Of a DNA stretch of 64,000 nucleotides, positions 29,167 through 39,707 are shown piece by piece. The notes beneath the pieces are model-generated. The model was not told the origin of the DNA. It saw nothing but the letters and a program-made list of their open reading frames with translations, and made no database searches. How positions within the stretch are numbered: the stretch's first letter is position 1; each line of letters begins with the position of its first letter. Source of the DNA: a virus (Duplodnaviria; Caudoviricetes); the IMG/VR virus record IMGVR_UViG_3300037839_000499, positions 901 through 64,900 of that record; one strand, written 5' to 3'. The position numbers were made by a program, and so were the translations under genes.

Positions 29167-30170
29167 ACGTCGCCGTAATCACAGCGGCAACCAAGCGGTT
29201 TAGTTACGCCCTTTATGGGTCGATCATGTCCGTTAAGAGGGCTATGGCTGGCGTCCCTTACACGCACATACTGGCAACGGACAAGTCTGGAGTGGCTGAA
29301 AAGATCATTAAATCCACAGGGGTAAATGCGATCATTCTGGAGCTGGACGTTGACGATGACTCACTCAAGTACAAGGAGGACAGCCAAATTGTAATAGCTA
29401 GGCTTCAGCAGGCCTGCCTAGATCAAGCTGTGGCCTTGGATGCAGATCTATGCTGGTCGGTAGAATCCGACATGCTGGTTCACCCAGACTCTTTTCGTGG
29501 CCTACGATGGACGCTTGATTGTCCTACCCCGACTTACGATATCGCCGTATCCACCTATTGGAATGGAAGCTTCCTGTGTGGGCGCGGAACCGAGAAAAAG
29601 CAGATTTGCGAGGACTACACAGAAGAAGAGAGGGAACTGCCCGAGGAACTTAAGAAGCAATTAGAAGGCAAGCGCAAGGAGTGGACGGCCTGCGTCGAGA
29701 AGAAGGAAAAGCCAAGCGAGGAACTGATGAAAGAACTGAGGGAGCTTGATGAAAAGATTAAGCAATGCCCGCCAAAGGGGAATGTATTTGCGCTTAATGC
29801 TACTAAATGGAGGAAGCGCGGCTGGCTGGATCAAGCGTATCCTGGGGCGGCCGTGCATGGAGCCGTACTTCCCACGGATTGGTGCGGGATGGGTTGCACT
29901 CTTTTAAGCAAGAAGGCATTGGCAGTTTCAAACTTTGATGGTTATGACGGCAAGGGAACTCAAGACCTCTACCTCGTTTGGAACCGATGGTCTCCGGCTG
30001 GCCTAAAAATAGCTTGTAACGTATCCGTCCCTGCATCTCACGTTAAAAAGGGCGAGGATGGGTACGTGGTGCACCAGCCCTACTTTAGTTCGCAGGACGA
30101 GGAGACGAGTGGACATATCCGCGTATACCCAAGAAAATACCTCGAACTGACAACCTATTCTCCTGCGTAG
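29163..30170 (+). CDS. GT-A fold glycosyltransferase-like protein
   Basis: CWSVESDM (DxD-like), TDWCGMGCTLLSKKAL, QDLY, SH motifs; charged coiled-coil insertion. Confidence 0.7.
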   Translation: MNVAVITAATKRFSYALYGSIMSVKRAMAGVPYTHILATDKSGVAEKIIKSTGVNAIILELDVDDDSLKYKEDSQIVIARLQQACLDQAVALDADLCWSVESDMLVHPDSFRGLRWTLDCPTPTYDIAVSTYWNGSFLCGRGTEKKQICEDYTEEERELPEELKKQLEGKRKEWTACVEKKEKPSEELMKELRELDEKIKQCPPKGNVFALNATKWRKRGWLDQAYPGAAVHGAVLPTDWCGMGCTLLSKKALAVSNFDGYDGKGTQDLYLVWNRWSPAGLKIACNVSVPASHVKKGEDGYVVHQPYFSSQDEETSGHIRVYPRKYLELTTYSPA

Positions 30171-32917
30171 CATTCACCTGCGTGACCATCACCCCACTTT
30201 TTCTTAAAAGCTGGATGCGTCCAGAGGTAGGAGGCGGCGTTTTTATTATAGATCAATGACTTGTCGCCCTTATTAAAATAAGTCGCCGTGTCTCCTATGA
30301 GTGGAATCGGAATTCCAGGCTGTGGAAAATCGCATCCGGAGCAGTTAACTGAAAATACGTGGTCTGTTTCTACGGGCATAACCTGGCCTTGATTCCAGGT
30401 ATTCCATCCCACGCTCTTTGTGGCTATATAAGTGTATGGGATTGCTTTTGCAATCCATGCCCCCTTAAAAGTGCTGTCAAACGAAGTGGAGAAAGCTTTG
30501 GTAGAAAAAGTTGTTTCAAACGATTCCGAGACCTTTTCCTTGCTGGATATTACGTTAAGCCCTCCGTGAGCAACAATGGTTTGCTTCGCTCCGGCCAAGA
30601 ACCTCGCAAGGCTCCCTTCCGCCCCGTAGCTATTTTTGAAAGCTCCTGTATTAAAAGAGTAGCTAAATGTGCCTGTGGTGATTTTGCCATTAACAACTCC
30701 GTGCCCCGGCCAAGACGCTTGATTCCAGATTTTAGCGGTTGGATCGGAAATATAGTAGGAGTGTACATCGCCATCATGTGAGGCTGTGGCCGTGCCTTTA
30801 GATTTCCCGTTTGGGGATCCAACAAGGTACACGGCATCACCAGTAGCGAGCGCAATGAAGGTCTTTTTTGCGCCATCAGATCCAAACTGGGTTGTCCTGC
30901 CCATTGGATTGTAGTACGCGCCATCAAATGCAAATGTTGCATGAGAGTTTTCGATGTCCGAATTTGACTGCTTCAGGCTAAACGAAGTTGCGGTTTGCAT
31001 GCTCTTCTTGGAATAATCCCAGAAATAGAGACCCTCGTCCTTCTGGAGTGTCACTTGAAATCCTCCATCCTCAAAAGCAATTCCTGTTGTTAGGGTCTGA
31101 GCGCGGGTGACGTGATTGTAGGACACCTCGTAAGATACTTGGCCTACTTGGGCACAATCTCCTTGTCTTTCTATTTGCTCATTCTCCGTTCTATAAACTG
31201 GCCATCCATACTCTGGAACCCCTCTTTCGCAGCAATCAGTGTATGTGAAATTGGGATCTCCATCCTCACGACCATCATTGAACACTTGAGTGCATTCGTT
31301 GCAATTTGCGCCGGAATCATAACATTGAGTTTGGCCTGGAATATTCGGTCCCGGAGCAGTCGTTTCCCCTTTTGTGCTTGTGCATCCGCAGTTCATAGCA
31401 CAGCTATTAGTGAGTGGCGGGCCTTTTACAGCAATCGCTCTTGCAACATTGCCGCCTGCGCATGTAACACATACTGCCTGAAGGTGCATGCTGACGATGG
31501 GGCTACTAAAAGAAACGCAATCATATTTATCAACAGAGTTAGCATTGCTATTCCAACTGGATCCATTCGAAGTGCTGTAACCAAACTCACCCCAAGCCAA
31601 GTGATCTTTTCTTTCTATTGAGGTTGCTTGGTACGCCACGTAATCGCCTACGGCAACGGTGCTAATTTTCGAATGAGTGAATAAAAACGAGCTCCCAGCA
31701 AGCACGGTATCTGTTGTCTTTTCTGTGACCCCTTCCGATGAACAGCTTGTTCCTTGATCCAAGTCGAGGCAGCACGGGTTAGCGCCAGGGCCAGTCTCCG
31801 TATAAGCAATCCCCTCTGAGGTACACTTAACTTCGGTGCTATAAAACAATGTGACCGGATCTCCACCACCCTGATAGCCACCAGCACCAACCTTGTATGT
31901 GCTGGTAGATGCACCGCTTTCACCCAACCAGACGTAGGAATTTGTATACGAAGATTCCTTGCCCTTTAGGCCGGTATATTTAACCTCGGCATTGTCGTAC
32001 GTAAAAGTCTGATTTATTTCGGGTGATGCCGATCCAGAGGTCATGCTGAACTCAACGGCTTTATCTGTGGATAAAGCATAAACAGTTACGGTTTTGAATG
32101 AGTCGATATTCTTGCTTCCTGTCGTAATGTAGTTTCCAGTTTTTGATAGAATATATGCGCTCTCGCAATCAGGATAATCATAAATAGGGCATGGGTCTGC
32201 TGTTTTCCAAGAAAATAATGGCCCCCCGTCAGGGCTATCAGCTTTGCCGCAGTTATCGTAATACGTTGGGACAACAATTACGCAACCGGAACAGGTCTCA
32301 GTAGCGATGCACTTTTTGTCTCCATCTCGTCCACCACACCAAGACCCAGTTGCGTTGCTGTCCAGCACGGCCGGGAAGTTGGGGCCGTCAGCGTAAAGAG
32401 AGAGTGGGTTTTGCGGAGTTAGATAAACGCAGTCTTTCGTGGTAGTCCCAAATGCCCCAATCCCCGGGATATCTTTGCCGCTATTAATGGAAGTAACGCA
32501 AGCCAGCTCGGCGGTTTTTGTGTAGGGATTCTCGGAGTTGCCTTCCGTGGAACTAAACCCATCTAGGCATGTTTGCTTCGCAAAAAGGCTGGCAGAAAGA
32601 GTGTTGGACTGATACGGAGCCTCTAGCTTTGCAACTCCAGTTGCGTTTTGAGTCTGCAACACGCAGTAACCTTGTCTGGCACACGCGTCGCTGTAGGAAA
32701 AGGCGCAATATCCATTGGAATTTGTGTAATCTATCTTCAATGTGTAGCGATAGTCTGGAGACTTTTCCCCTTGATCAAATGAGCACGGTGCTCCGCAATT
32801 ATCATCGCGAAATCCACCGCCCGATGGGGTCCAATACCATCCGCCACCATTCGTTTGCCCACCTTTCTGGATCTTGTTGTAGCCAGAAGCCTTGGAGTGT
32901 TTGTAGGTAGCGAACAT
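30155..32917 (-). CDS. Large Cys-rich beta protein (possible receptor-binding or decoration protein)
   Basis: About 920 aa from ATG 32917, about 34 Cys by manual count, rich in T/S/G/Y. Confidence 0.7.
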   Translation of the reverse strand: MFATYKHSKASGYNKIQKGGQTNGGGWYWTPSGGGFRDDNCGAPCSFDQGEKSPDYRYTLKIDYTNSNGYCAFSYSDACARQGYCVLQTQNATGVAKLEAPYQSNTLSASLFAKQTCLDGFSSTEGNSENPYTKTAELACVTSINSGKDIPGIGAFGTTTKDCVYLTPQNPLSLYADGPNFPAVLDSNATGSWCGGRDGDKKCIATETCSGCVIVVPTYYDNCGKADSPDGGPLFSWKTADPCPIYDYPDCESAYILSKTGNYITTGSKNIDSFKTVTVYALSTDKAVEFSMTSGSASPEINQTFTYDNAEVKYTGLKGKESSYTNSYVWLGESGASTSTYKVGAGGYQGGGDPVTLFYSTEVKCTSEGIAYTETGPGANPCCLDLDQGTSCSSEGVTEKTTDTVLAGSSFLFTHSKISTVAVGDYVAYQATSIERKDHLAWGEFGYSTSNGSSWNSNANSVDKYDCVSFSSPIVSMHLQAVCVTCAGGNVARAIAVKGPPLTNSCAMNCGCTSTKGETTAPGPNIPGQTQCYDSGANCNECTQVFNDGREDGDPNFTYTDCCERGVPEYGWPVYRTENEQIERQGDCAQVGQVSYEVSYNHVTRAQTLTTGIAFEDGGFQVTLQKDEGLYFWDYSKKSMQTATSFSLKQSNSDIENSHATFAFDGAYYNPMGRTTQFGSDGAKKTFIALATGDAVYLVGSPNGKSKGTATASHDGDVHSYYISDPTAKIWNQASWPGHGVVNGKITTGTFSYSFNTGAFKNSYGAEGSLARFLAGAKQTIVAHGGLNVISSKEKVSESFETTFSTKAFSTSFDSTFKGAWIAKAIPYTYIATKSVGWNTWNQGQVMPVETDHVFSVNCSGCDFPQPGIPIPLIGDTATYFNKGDKSLIYNKNAASYLWTHPAFKKKWGDGHAGECYAGE

Positions 32918-32921
32918 TGGC

Positions 32922-33428
32922 TTATGTGAAAACAGCCCAAGCGTATTTTGCTGTCTTATTGCACCCAGCCCCAAGGTAAGCAGCAACGTATGGAGTAAGG
33001 GAAATTCCGCCTGCTCCTGTCATTCTTCTTGCGTAGTAGGCATTGGCGGTATTCGGAACTGCCTCAACCTCGACAATCGGAACCTCTACAGTAGTTGGAT
33101 ACGAGTCTTCTTCAGGAGTCTGTGCCTCAGGATTTCCTACTTGAATCTCCGCGCTTGTTACGACCTGACCATCGGTTGTGATTACCACTTTGTAATACCC
33201 AACCGTTACGCCGCCAGAAAACCTCGGAACTGGAATGCCATTAGCATGTCCGCTTGTAATTTTGACCTGATTTCCTAAAATAAAAGGCGTAAAGGGCCAA
33301 GTAATCCTTGGGTCGCGATAAAGGTTTAATATTCCTTGCCCAATGAACTTTGCGCCCGACCCAGCAACGCTTCCGTAGTTGATTGAAGGCCTAACGAATC
33401 CACTTACGGCATCTCTTTTGTTGCTCAT
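32922..33428 (-). CDS. Hypothetical beta-rich protein
   Basis: 168 aa ORF ending 5 nt before the Cys-rich gene. Confidence 0.7.
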   Translation of the reverse strand: MSNKRDAVSGFVRPSINYGSVAGSGAKFIGQGILNLYRDPRITWPFTPFILGNQVKITSGHANGIPVPRFSGGVTVGYYKVVITTDGQVVTSAEIQVGNPEAQTPEEDSYPTTVEVPIVEVEAVPNTANAYYARRMTGAGGISLTPYVAAYLGAGCNKTAKYAWAVFT

Positions 33429-33479
33429 ATCTGGAGGTTAAGGGCTTCAACGTATTACTTCTAACGAAGAAGTCGTGGT

Positions 33480-33505
33480 GCGGCACACAGCCAATCAACA
33501 TGTTG
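33480..33505 (+). promoter_or_regulatory. Motif B copy
   Basis: GCGGCACACAGC caatcaacat GTTG; starts 57 nt before ATG 33537. Confidence 0.7.
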
Positions 33506-33536
33506 CTAAGGTAGTTCCAGAATCCAGTTTGCGTTA

Positions 33537-34505
33537 ATGAGCGAAACAACTACTCCGGTGCAAACCGAGCAAACAACAACTCAAACCCAAAACAATAAAC
33601 CTGACGTAGCAACGCTAGATGAGCGGGCGTATCAAGAGCTTGTCCAAAAGCTTTCGACTGCTGTAGAGCAGCCAAAAGCAGAGGAGGCTCCTGTCGCCAC
33701 GGATCCGGCTCCCCAGCCAGAACCTAAAGCCGAGGAACTAACCACGGCTGAGACTCATCCGGAAGAAGTTAAGGCTGAAGTGGCCGGTGATGAAATCCCC
33801 GATCCCCAGTCCAATATTCTTCCAGAGCGAGTAAGGGTTGGATCTTGGTCGGAGGAAGAGCGTAAAGCCCTTCAGATCCGTGCCAGGAATCCAGACCTCT
33901 CTCTTGCTCAAGCGATGGAGATGGTCAAAAAGGGTGAATCAGAGACAACCGCCACCCAGTATGCAGATCCAGCCACAATCGAAACCAAGATGTCGGAACG
34001 CGGCAAGGCGAAAGCCGAAGCCATCCGTGCGCTTGAGTTTGATAAGGCTGCTGACCTCGAGCTTGAGATTCAGAATCTTAGTCTTGAGTTAAGGCGTTCC
34101 GAAAGGCGTGCCTCAGAGGATGCAACTAAAGCCCAAGCGGACTTCAGCTATAGGGTTGGAGACGCAAAGGCGAAGGCGGTGAAATTCTACCCAGATGCCT
34201 CCGAGAAGAGCAGTCCCTTAGTGGCTAAGATGAATGAGATCTATGAATCCCTCAAGGATACGCAGAATCCTCTCATCTCAGACCCCGAACTGCCTTGGAA
34301 GCTGACCCAAATGGCGGCCAATGCCATCGGAATTGCACCCAATTCCGGCCGGCCGGCCCCCTCATCTAGCGTTGCGCGTCAAAACAAACCACCAATTGCG
34401 AGCGGTAACGCTCGCACAACTGCTCCTGCAAACATATCGCCGAAGGATCTGGTCGCAAACATACAGGACTTGGACACTCTCCAAGCTCTGGCGGCTAGGC
34501 TCTAA
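33537..34505 (+). CDS. Capsid scaffolding protein
   Basis: Acidic Pro-rich N-terminus, helical core, directly upstream of the capsid gene. Confidence 0.75.
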   Translation: MSETTTPVQTEQTTTQTQNNKPDVATLDERAYQELVQKLSTAVEQPKAEEAPVATDPAPQPEPKAEELTTAETHPEEVKAEVAGDEIPDPQSNILPERVRVGSWSEEERKALQIRARNPDLSLAQAMEMVKKGESETTATQYADPATIETKMSERGKAKAEAIRALEFDKAADLELEIQNLSLELRRSERRASEDATKAQADFSYRVGDAKAKAVKFYPDASEKSSPLVAKMNEIYESLKDTQNPLISDPELPWKLTQMAANAIGIAPNSGRPAPSSSVARQNKPPIASGNARTTAPANISPKDLVANIQDLDTLQALAARL

Positions 34506-34539
34506 GGTGCGCAGGAGTTAAAGAAAGGGGTCACTAACC

Positions 34540-36129
34540 ATGGCTTCACTATTAATCCCCGAATCAAATCGACTCGCTGATTTCGGAATCAGCAACTCAA
34601 CAGCATATAATGCTCTTTTGCCAGAACTCTGGCGGAAAGGCATACAACTGTCCGAGGCAACCGAGAACTTCTTCCAGCAGTTCGAAGGGCCGAGCGACAC
34701 ATATGCCGTACAGGCTATCCGCGACCTAAGTAAGGGCGCTGGATCTAAAATCACATTCCGCACAATGGCCCAGCTCTTCGGAGAAGGCGTCCAAGGTGAC
34801 GAACTGGTACAGGACAAGACGGAAGATTTCCGACTTGGCTCTTTCCAGCTGACTGTGGATTTTTTAAGACACGCAGTCTCGTACAACAAGCGGACTGAAG
34901 AGAAGATCGCTATTGCGTCCGAACTGAAGTCCAACGTGCCAACCATGCTTGGTAACTGGCTCGGCCGGATCAAAACAGAGCGCTTGCAGAAGTTGTTCCT
35001 CCACAAGGGGAATTCCGAGAATTATATTCTCGCGAACACTTCTGCTACGACTGAAGACGATCTCTTGTCTGGCGACACAATCAGCTACGACACCATCATC
35101 CGCGTAGGTCAGCAGTTGAAAACCCGTGGTGCGAAACCAGCAATGGTCGGCACTGTCGGAAAGAACAAGATCAACCGCTACTTGCTCGCTTCGACTGGTG
35201 AGGCTCTTGTCTCGCTCAAGGCGGAAAGCAACTACTTGCAAGCGCTTCGCGCGGCTGCAGCTGCTCAAGGCGAATCTAGCGTTCTGTTCACCGGCGGATA
35301 CGTCGATGTGGATGGGCATGTGATCCGTGAATACAACCCGATTGACCATGACGGCTTTGGGCCGGTTGGTTCATCGCTCAATTCCCGCGCCGTTTACGGC
35401 GGATATGTATCGAGCAGCGCGGTTGTCACAGGATTCCCGCAGCTCAACACGGCGGCTAACGGCCGGGCGGCGTTTGAAATCGCTGGTGGTGGCTCTGTCA
35501 CCGCTGGTGCAAAACGCACACAAGTAACAAGCGACATCTACGGACCGGCGTACTTCAAGTATTTCAATAACTTCAAGTACCGCTTTAATCCTGACGATTC
35601 ACTCGTTATTGGTGGCTCGGATCGTGGCTACGTCTTGATCTTGTCGAACGGCAAGTACACGCTCGCCCAGTACAGCACCAACGATGGCAACCGCCTGACA
35701 TTGACCGCTGTTCTCGGCACGACTGCCGTTACGTCCGGATCATTCGTGAAGAGCTTGGCTGGATGGGCGACGTTGGTGACTGGAACTGCTCCGGCCACCT
35801 TTAACGCTCAGTTTGCTGATGCGAAGATCCATGATACTGCCACTGCGGCAAACGCCATTACTCCTGGCGCGGTAGTCATTCAATGTAACAAGTGGGGAGT
35901 TCCACTTGGCAAATCCATCATGATGGGCGCCAATGCCGCGGTTCGCGGATACGGCTCTCTCGATGGCGAACGCTCCGAAGAAAACTTCGACGGGGAATTC
36001 GTGAGGAAGGTATACGTGACCAGCATCTTTGGTCAGTCTCCCTACCAACGGCCCGACGGTCGTCAGCCAAACTACGTCGTATTAAGCCATGCGGTGAAAT
36101 ACGCTGGGTTGGTTACACCGACAGTCTAA
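34540..36129 (+). CDS. Major capsid protein (N4-gp56/DUF4043-like)
   Basis: ELWRK..DLSKGAGSKITF..GVQGDE..LRHAV pattern; followed by a terminator. Confidence 0.88.
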   Translation: MASLLIPESNRLADFGISNSTAYNALLPELWRKGIQLSEATENFFQQFEGPSDTYAVQAIRDLSKGAGSKITFRTMAQLFGEGVQGDELVQDKTEDFRLGSFQLTVDFLRHAVSYNKRTEEKIAIASELKSNVPTMLGNWLGRIKTERLQKLFLHKGNSENYILANTSATTEDDLLSGDTISYDTIIRVGQQLKTRGAKPAMVGTVGKNKINRYLLASTGEALVSLKAESNYLQALRAAAAAQGESSVLFTGGYVDVDGHVIREYNPIDHDGFGPVGSSLNSRAVYGGYVSSSAVVTGFPQLNTAANGRAAFEIAGGGSVTAGAKRTQVTSDIYGPAYFKYFNNFKYRFNPDDSLVIGGSDRGYVLILSNGKYTLAQYSTNDGNRLTLTAVLGTTAVTSGSFVKSLAGWATLVTGTAPATFNAQFADAKIHDTATAANAITPGAVVIQCNKWGVPLGKSIMMGANAAVRGYGSLDGERSEENFDGEFVRKVYVTSIFGQSPYQRPDGRQPNYVVLSHAVKYAGLVTPTV

Positions 36130-36142
36130 ATTGGAAGTGATT

Positions 36143-36183
36143 GGCTCCCATCGGATAAAACCGGTGGGAGCCTTTCATCTTTT
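36143..36183 (+). terminator. Rho-independent terminator after capsid gene
   Basis: GGCTCCCATCGG-ataaaa-CCGGTGGGAGCC stem followed by TTTCATCTTTT. Confidence 0.75.
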
Positions 36184-36864
36184 ATGACAGTCGCGCAAGC
36201 CATTGATTCGATCTATGAAGTGTTCGGCATTCCGAATAATGCCGCTGCTCCAGAGATCATGCGTCGCCGAATCTTCAATGATCTAAACTCGGCCATGCAG
36301 CTCCTGTGGTCTAAAGGCCATAGGTTTCTTGATTTTTATACACGTAAAGAAATTACCGTAACCATTTCCGCGGCTACCGATAGCTCCGCCCTAAGTGACG
36401 ATATTCAGTCTGTCATCGGCCCCGTCCGCAGGGTGTCAGACAATATTCTCCTGCGCCCTATTTCAAGCAGGGGTGAATTTGAGGCGTTTCACTCCATATA
36501 TGCAGGATCTCTGACGGCCTTAACTAATTCAACCCCACAGGCGTACTTTATCGATGCTATTCGCCCAGATAGCGGGGCAGATGCCACATCGCTAAAGATC
36601 TTTGTTGTCCCCAAGCCAACCACAAACGTCAGCGTGTACATGGCCGTAGCCCTAAAGGCTCCAGCATTTACCATCAACGACTACTCGGCCAGTCCGTCCA
36701 CCAGCATTCCGATCCCGCATAACTACGCGGAAACCCTGCTTTTGCCGATTGCCAGATATTTGTCTTCATCGTCTCTTTTCTTTGCGGATAAATCCAAGCA
36801 ACGCGAGCCACAGCTTAAGTCTGAATATGATCGTGCTCTGCAAACACTCACGGAGTCTGCGTAA
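36184..36864 (+). CDS. Head-tail adaptor protein
   Basis: Helix / beta insert (PQAYFI, IFVVPKP) / IPIP..Y..LL helix layout; post-capsid position. Confidence 0.7.
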   Translation: MTVAQAIDSIYEVFGIPNNAAAPEIMRRRIFNDLNSAMQLLWSKGHRFLDFYTRKEITVTISAATDSSALSDDIQSVIGPVRRVSDNILLRPISSRGEFEAFHSIYAGSLTALTNSTPQAYFIDAIRPDSGADATSLKIFVVPKPTTNVSVYMAVALKAPAFTINDYSASPSTSIPIPHNYAETLLLPIARYLSSSSLFFADKSKQREPQLKSEYDRALQTLTESA

Positions 36865-37346
36865 TGCCTCCCGTAATCATTCCGGAAAACAACAAGGTTT
36901 CGGACATTCTTCGAGGAGTGCCGGAGTCAGTTAATCCAAGCGGGATCGCTGGAGGATATGTCGCATCGTCCTCGTTTGCTCCTTTAGGCGTATCGGCATA
37001 CACGATTCCGCCGGCAGCAACAACCTTCAATATAAATACAACGGCCACAGCGACCAAGTCGTATGAATCAAACTTTCTAACATCTTGGAGCACCTATGCT
37101 ACATACCAAACAACCACTCAATCTACGACCTTTCCTTCTTTCTTTATGAATGGCACTAAGGAGTCATTCAGAAGCGCATCGACGGTGGTTGATGTGTTTG
37201 CTTACGCGTACACAGCTACAGGAACTAACCCAGATGACCCGTCTGGAAACTTTTCGGCAACTACGTCCGCTTTGGGGACTTATGTCTTTAATACTTATTT
37301 AGTCGGATGGTGGACTTTCGCTGGATTTACGAGGTCAATCGCATGA
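36864..37346 (+). CDS. Thr/Ser-rich putative virion protein
   Basis: Translationally coupled, T/S/A/F/Y-rich. Confidence 0.55.
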   Translation: MPPVIIPENNKVSDILRGVPESVNPSGIAGGYVASSSFAPLGVSAYTIPPAATTFNINTTATATKSYESNFLTSWSTYATYQTTTQSTTFPSFFMNGTKESFRSASTVVDVFAYAYTATGTNPDDPSGNFSATTSALGTYVFNTYLVGWWTFAGFTRSIA

Positions 37347-37564
37347 CAAGGCACGACCTTTTGAATGACATCCACGCTAGGGTGGTTCGGCTTGAGACAC
37401 TAGCTGAGGGTAATAAGGAGGTTCTGTCAGATCTTCAAAAGAAGGTGAACCACCTTGAGCATGTCCGTGGAGTCATCGCCACGATGGGCGGCATACTGGG
37501 GGCAATCGCTGGACTTATCGGAAGCATAATAGTGAATCTATTTACTGTGAGGAATGGCCAATGA
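37343..37564 (+). CDS. Small coiled-coil plus C-terminal TM protein (XhlA/holin-like)
   Basis: RVVRLE..VNHLE coiled coil, then hydrophobic GILGAIAGLIGSIIVNLF. Confidence 0.55.
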   Translation: MTRHDLLNDIHARVVRLETLAEGNKEVLSDLQKKVNHLEHVRGVIATMGGILGAIAGLIGSIIVNLFTVRNGQ

Positions 37565-38424
37565 CATCAATGCAACTAGCCCAGCAAGTGTTGTCATACT
37601 CAATACTTCCCCAGGATCCAGCGTCTATTCCGGCCGATGCGGCCGCCACAATCGTAAACTGCATTAATAAGGGGTTCTCAAGATACTTCATTTACGCCCC
37701 ATCGAGCCGAAAGACTACGTTTGTCTCAAGCTACGTATTGGCTCCGACATCGCTGACGGCCACTTTCACAGCAGGGTCAGCAACTTTTTCTGGGAGCGGA
37801 CTCTCTGGATCGACTAGGATCGGTGACACCCTATACATCGGGGGCAAGAAGAAGGTATTGGCAACCGGAGAAAGCCTTCGGGAGCCATGGGATATGGGGT
37901 CTGGGCAGGCATCTGGGACTCTGTACGATGATGCGGTTGCATTGGCAGACCCCATCCGAAGAGTAGAGGGATCCATCATCTGGAATGAGACCAGAAGGCT
38001 CGAGTTCCTGCCGGAAGCACCAATTGTAGAAGATCAGGTAAAGCTGATCAATTTCAGCGGAGAACCACAATACTTCACGATTGAGAATCTGGGAGACACG
38101 GTTGGAGGCGCAGTAAGAGCCTTGCTTCGGATATTCCCGCTTCCTGCAACCGCTGGAACGATTCGGTTTACGGCCCAGATAAATCCACAGCGTCTATCCA
38201 TTTTTGACCTACAAAGCGCAGTAACAATTTACATAAACCCAACTGATTTGGATGCGTTTGCTCTGCCATTCATCATTGAGGAGCTTGCTCTTACAAAGTA
38301 TTGGCCTGACAAGGGAGACAAGAACCTAGCGAGCAAATCATCCGAAAAGGCTGAGGCTCTGTTAAAGGCATTCCAAGAATCAACTGGAGGCGGGTCGCGC
38401 GTAATGACGCCCGGAAACTTCTAA
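37561..38424 (+). CDS. Second adaptor-like virion protein
   Basis: Same layout as 36184 (MT..Q, GEPQYF, LRIFPLP). Confidence 0.6.
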   Translation: MTSMQLAQQVLSYSILPQDPASIPADAAATIVNCINKGFSRYFIYAPSSRKTTFVSSYVLAPTSLTATFTAGSATFSGSGLSGSTRIGDTLYIGGKKKVLATGESLREPWDMGSGQASGTLYDDAVALADPIRRVEGSIIWNETRRLEFLPEAPIVEDQVKLINFSGEPQYFTIENLGDTVGGAVRALLRIFPLPATAGTIRFTAQINPQRLSIFDLQSAVTIYINPTDLDAFALPFIIEELALTKYWPDKGDKNLASKSSEKAEALLKAFQESTGGGSRVMTPGNF

Positions 38425-39164
38425 TGATTGTAATGCCGTTATCCTATTCGGGCCAAAACAGACTGGCAAATGACATTAATACGATCTTATCAAAGATCCG
38501 CGTGGGTTGCGCTATGGCGAGGCAAGACAGCCAGCTAAACCCACCAACCAACATGATGGTGGACTTGCCTGAAGGCATAGATTTCGAGATTACGGCAATT
38601 TACTCTCACCAAAATGCTGGATATGCAAGGCAGACTACCACTACGAATTCTGGGAATACTGTCAATTCTGGAACTAAAAATAATACTGGAAGCACTAACG
38701 AGTCGGAGGCGAACACGGAATCAGGAGCTGAAACAGGCGCAGATACAGAAAGAGGAACGGAAGGCAATTCTGCAACGGATAGGGTCTCCGGCTCATCCAA
38801 TAAAGCGCAAAACGAGTCTGGATCTGAAACTGGGGGTGACTCCAAGAGCGAGACTGGAACAGAGTCCGGCTCGGAAGGAGACAGCCGCAGCGAATCGGAG
38901 TCTGGTTCGATCTCTGAAAGTCAAAGTGATAGTAAGAGCGGAAGCATTTCTGAAAGTGAATCGGAAAGTGAGTCCGGAAGTGAGAGTGGCTCAAAAAGCA
39001 ATAGCCTAAGTGGGTCCGGAAGTGAGAAGACAAGCGGGAAGAAGGAGCAAGCAGCTGCCGTGGGTCGACAGGTTAAGACTTTTGAGGATGAAACTGGCGG
39101 GGCCGGACCTCAGCTCTCGTTCCCAGACAATTTACCGCCCCAAGGCGGTACTTCATGCACCTAA
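38424..39164 (+). CDS. Ser/Glu/Gly-rich repeat protein (paralog of 39704)
   Basis: N-terminal helix + DLPEGIDFEI, long SESESGS tract, ends SCT. Confidence 0.75.
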   Translation: MIVMPLSYSGQNRLANDINTILSKIRVGCAMARQDSQLNPPTNMMVDLPEGIDFEITAIYSHQNAGYARQTTTTNSGNTVNSGTKNNTGSTNESEANTESGAETGADTERGTEGNSATDRVSGSSNKAQNESGSETGGDSKSETGTESGSEGDSRSESESGSISESQSDSKSGSISESESESESGSESGSKSNSLSGSGSEKTSGKKEQAAAVGRQVKTFEDETGGAGPQLSFPDNLPPQGGTSCT

Positions 39165-39176
39165 CAGGAGAACCAT

Positions 39177-39707
39177 ATGGCATTTCAAGCAGTAGACATT
39201 AAGAACCAAAGCACAACAAACGAGGCTGATTGCCGTACAGACAGCAATACAAACTCAGGCTCGGAATCGAACTCCAACTCGGGGTCAAATAGCGGGAGCA
39301 CAAGCGGATCTAACTCTGGATCAAACTCTGGATCCAATAGCGGATCGGAGTCTGGATCTAATAGTGCAAGTAATAGCGGTACTAATTCATCGTCAAACAG
39401 CGGGAATAATAACGCAACTAACACGGGAACCATTACGGGAACTAATAATTCGACAGGGTCTAATAGTGATACAACAAGCGAAAGTGGATCTAATTCAAAT
39501 TCATCGTCAAAGTCCAACTCTTTAAGTAGGTCAAACTCTTCAAGCCGCTCCGCGTCGGCAATCAAGAGTGGGAGTCAAAGCGGAATCAGTAGCCAGAGTG
39601 CAATTACGAGTCAGAGCGCATCTAAAATACAGTCTGAGCGTGATGACATAGGATGCGTCATCCGATTCAGGGTTCCAATCGTGGTGCAATTCCCTGGAGA
39701 TCCATGA
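39177..39707 (+). CDS. Ser/Asn/Gly-rich repeat protein
   Basis: GGAG RBS; (SNSG)n tract; ends GCVIRFRVPIVVQF. Confidence 0.75.
   Translation: MAFQAVDIKNQSTTNEADCRTDSNTNSGSESNSNSGSNSGSTSGSNSGSNSGSNSGSESGSNSASNSGTNSSSNSGNNNATNTGTITGTNNSTGSNSDTTSESGSNSNSSSKSNSLSRSNSSSRSASAIKSGSQSGISSQSAITSQSASKIQSERDDIGCVIRFRVPIVVQFPGDP

Noticed and set aside
30155-33428. Invertible segment flipped by the serine recombinase
   Set aside because: No flanking inverted repeats found by eye, and the gene overlaps its neighbour's 3' end
39162-39177. Stop-codon readthrough or recoding fusing 38424 and 39177
   Set aside because: In frame, but the stop is TAA, a GGAG RBS and ATG follow, and the paralog also ends at the equivalent SCx; all three stop codons are used normally elsewhere
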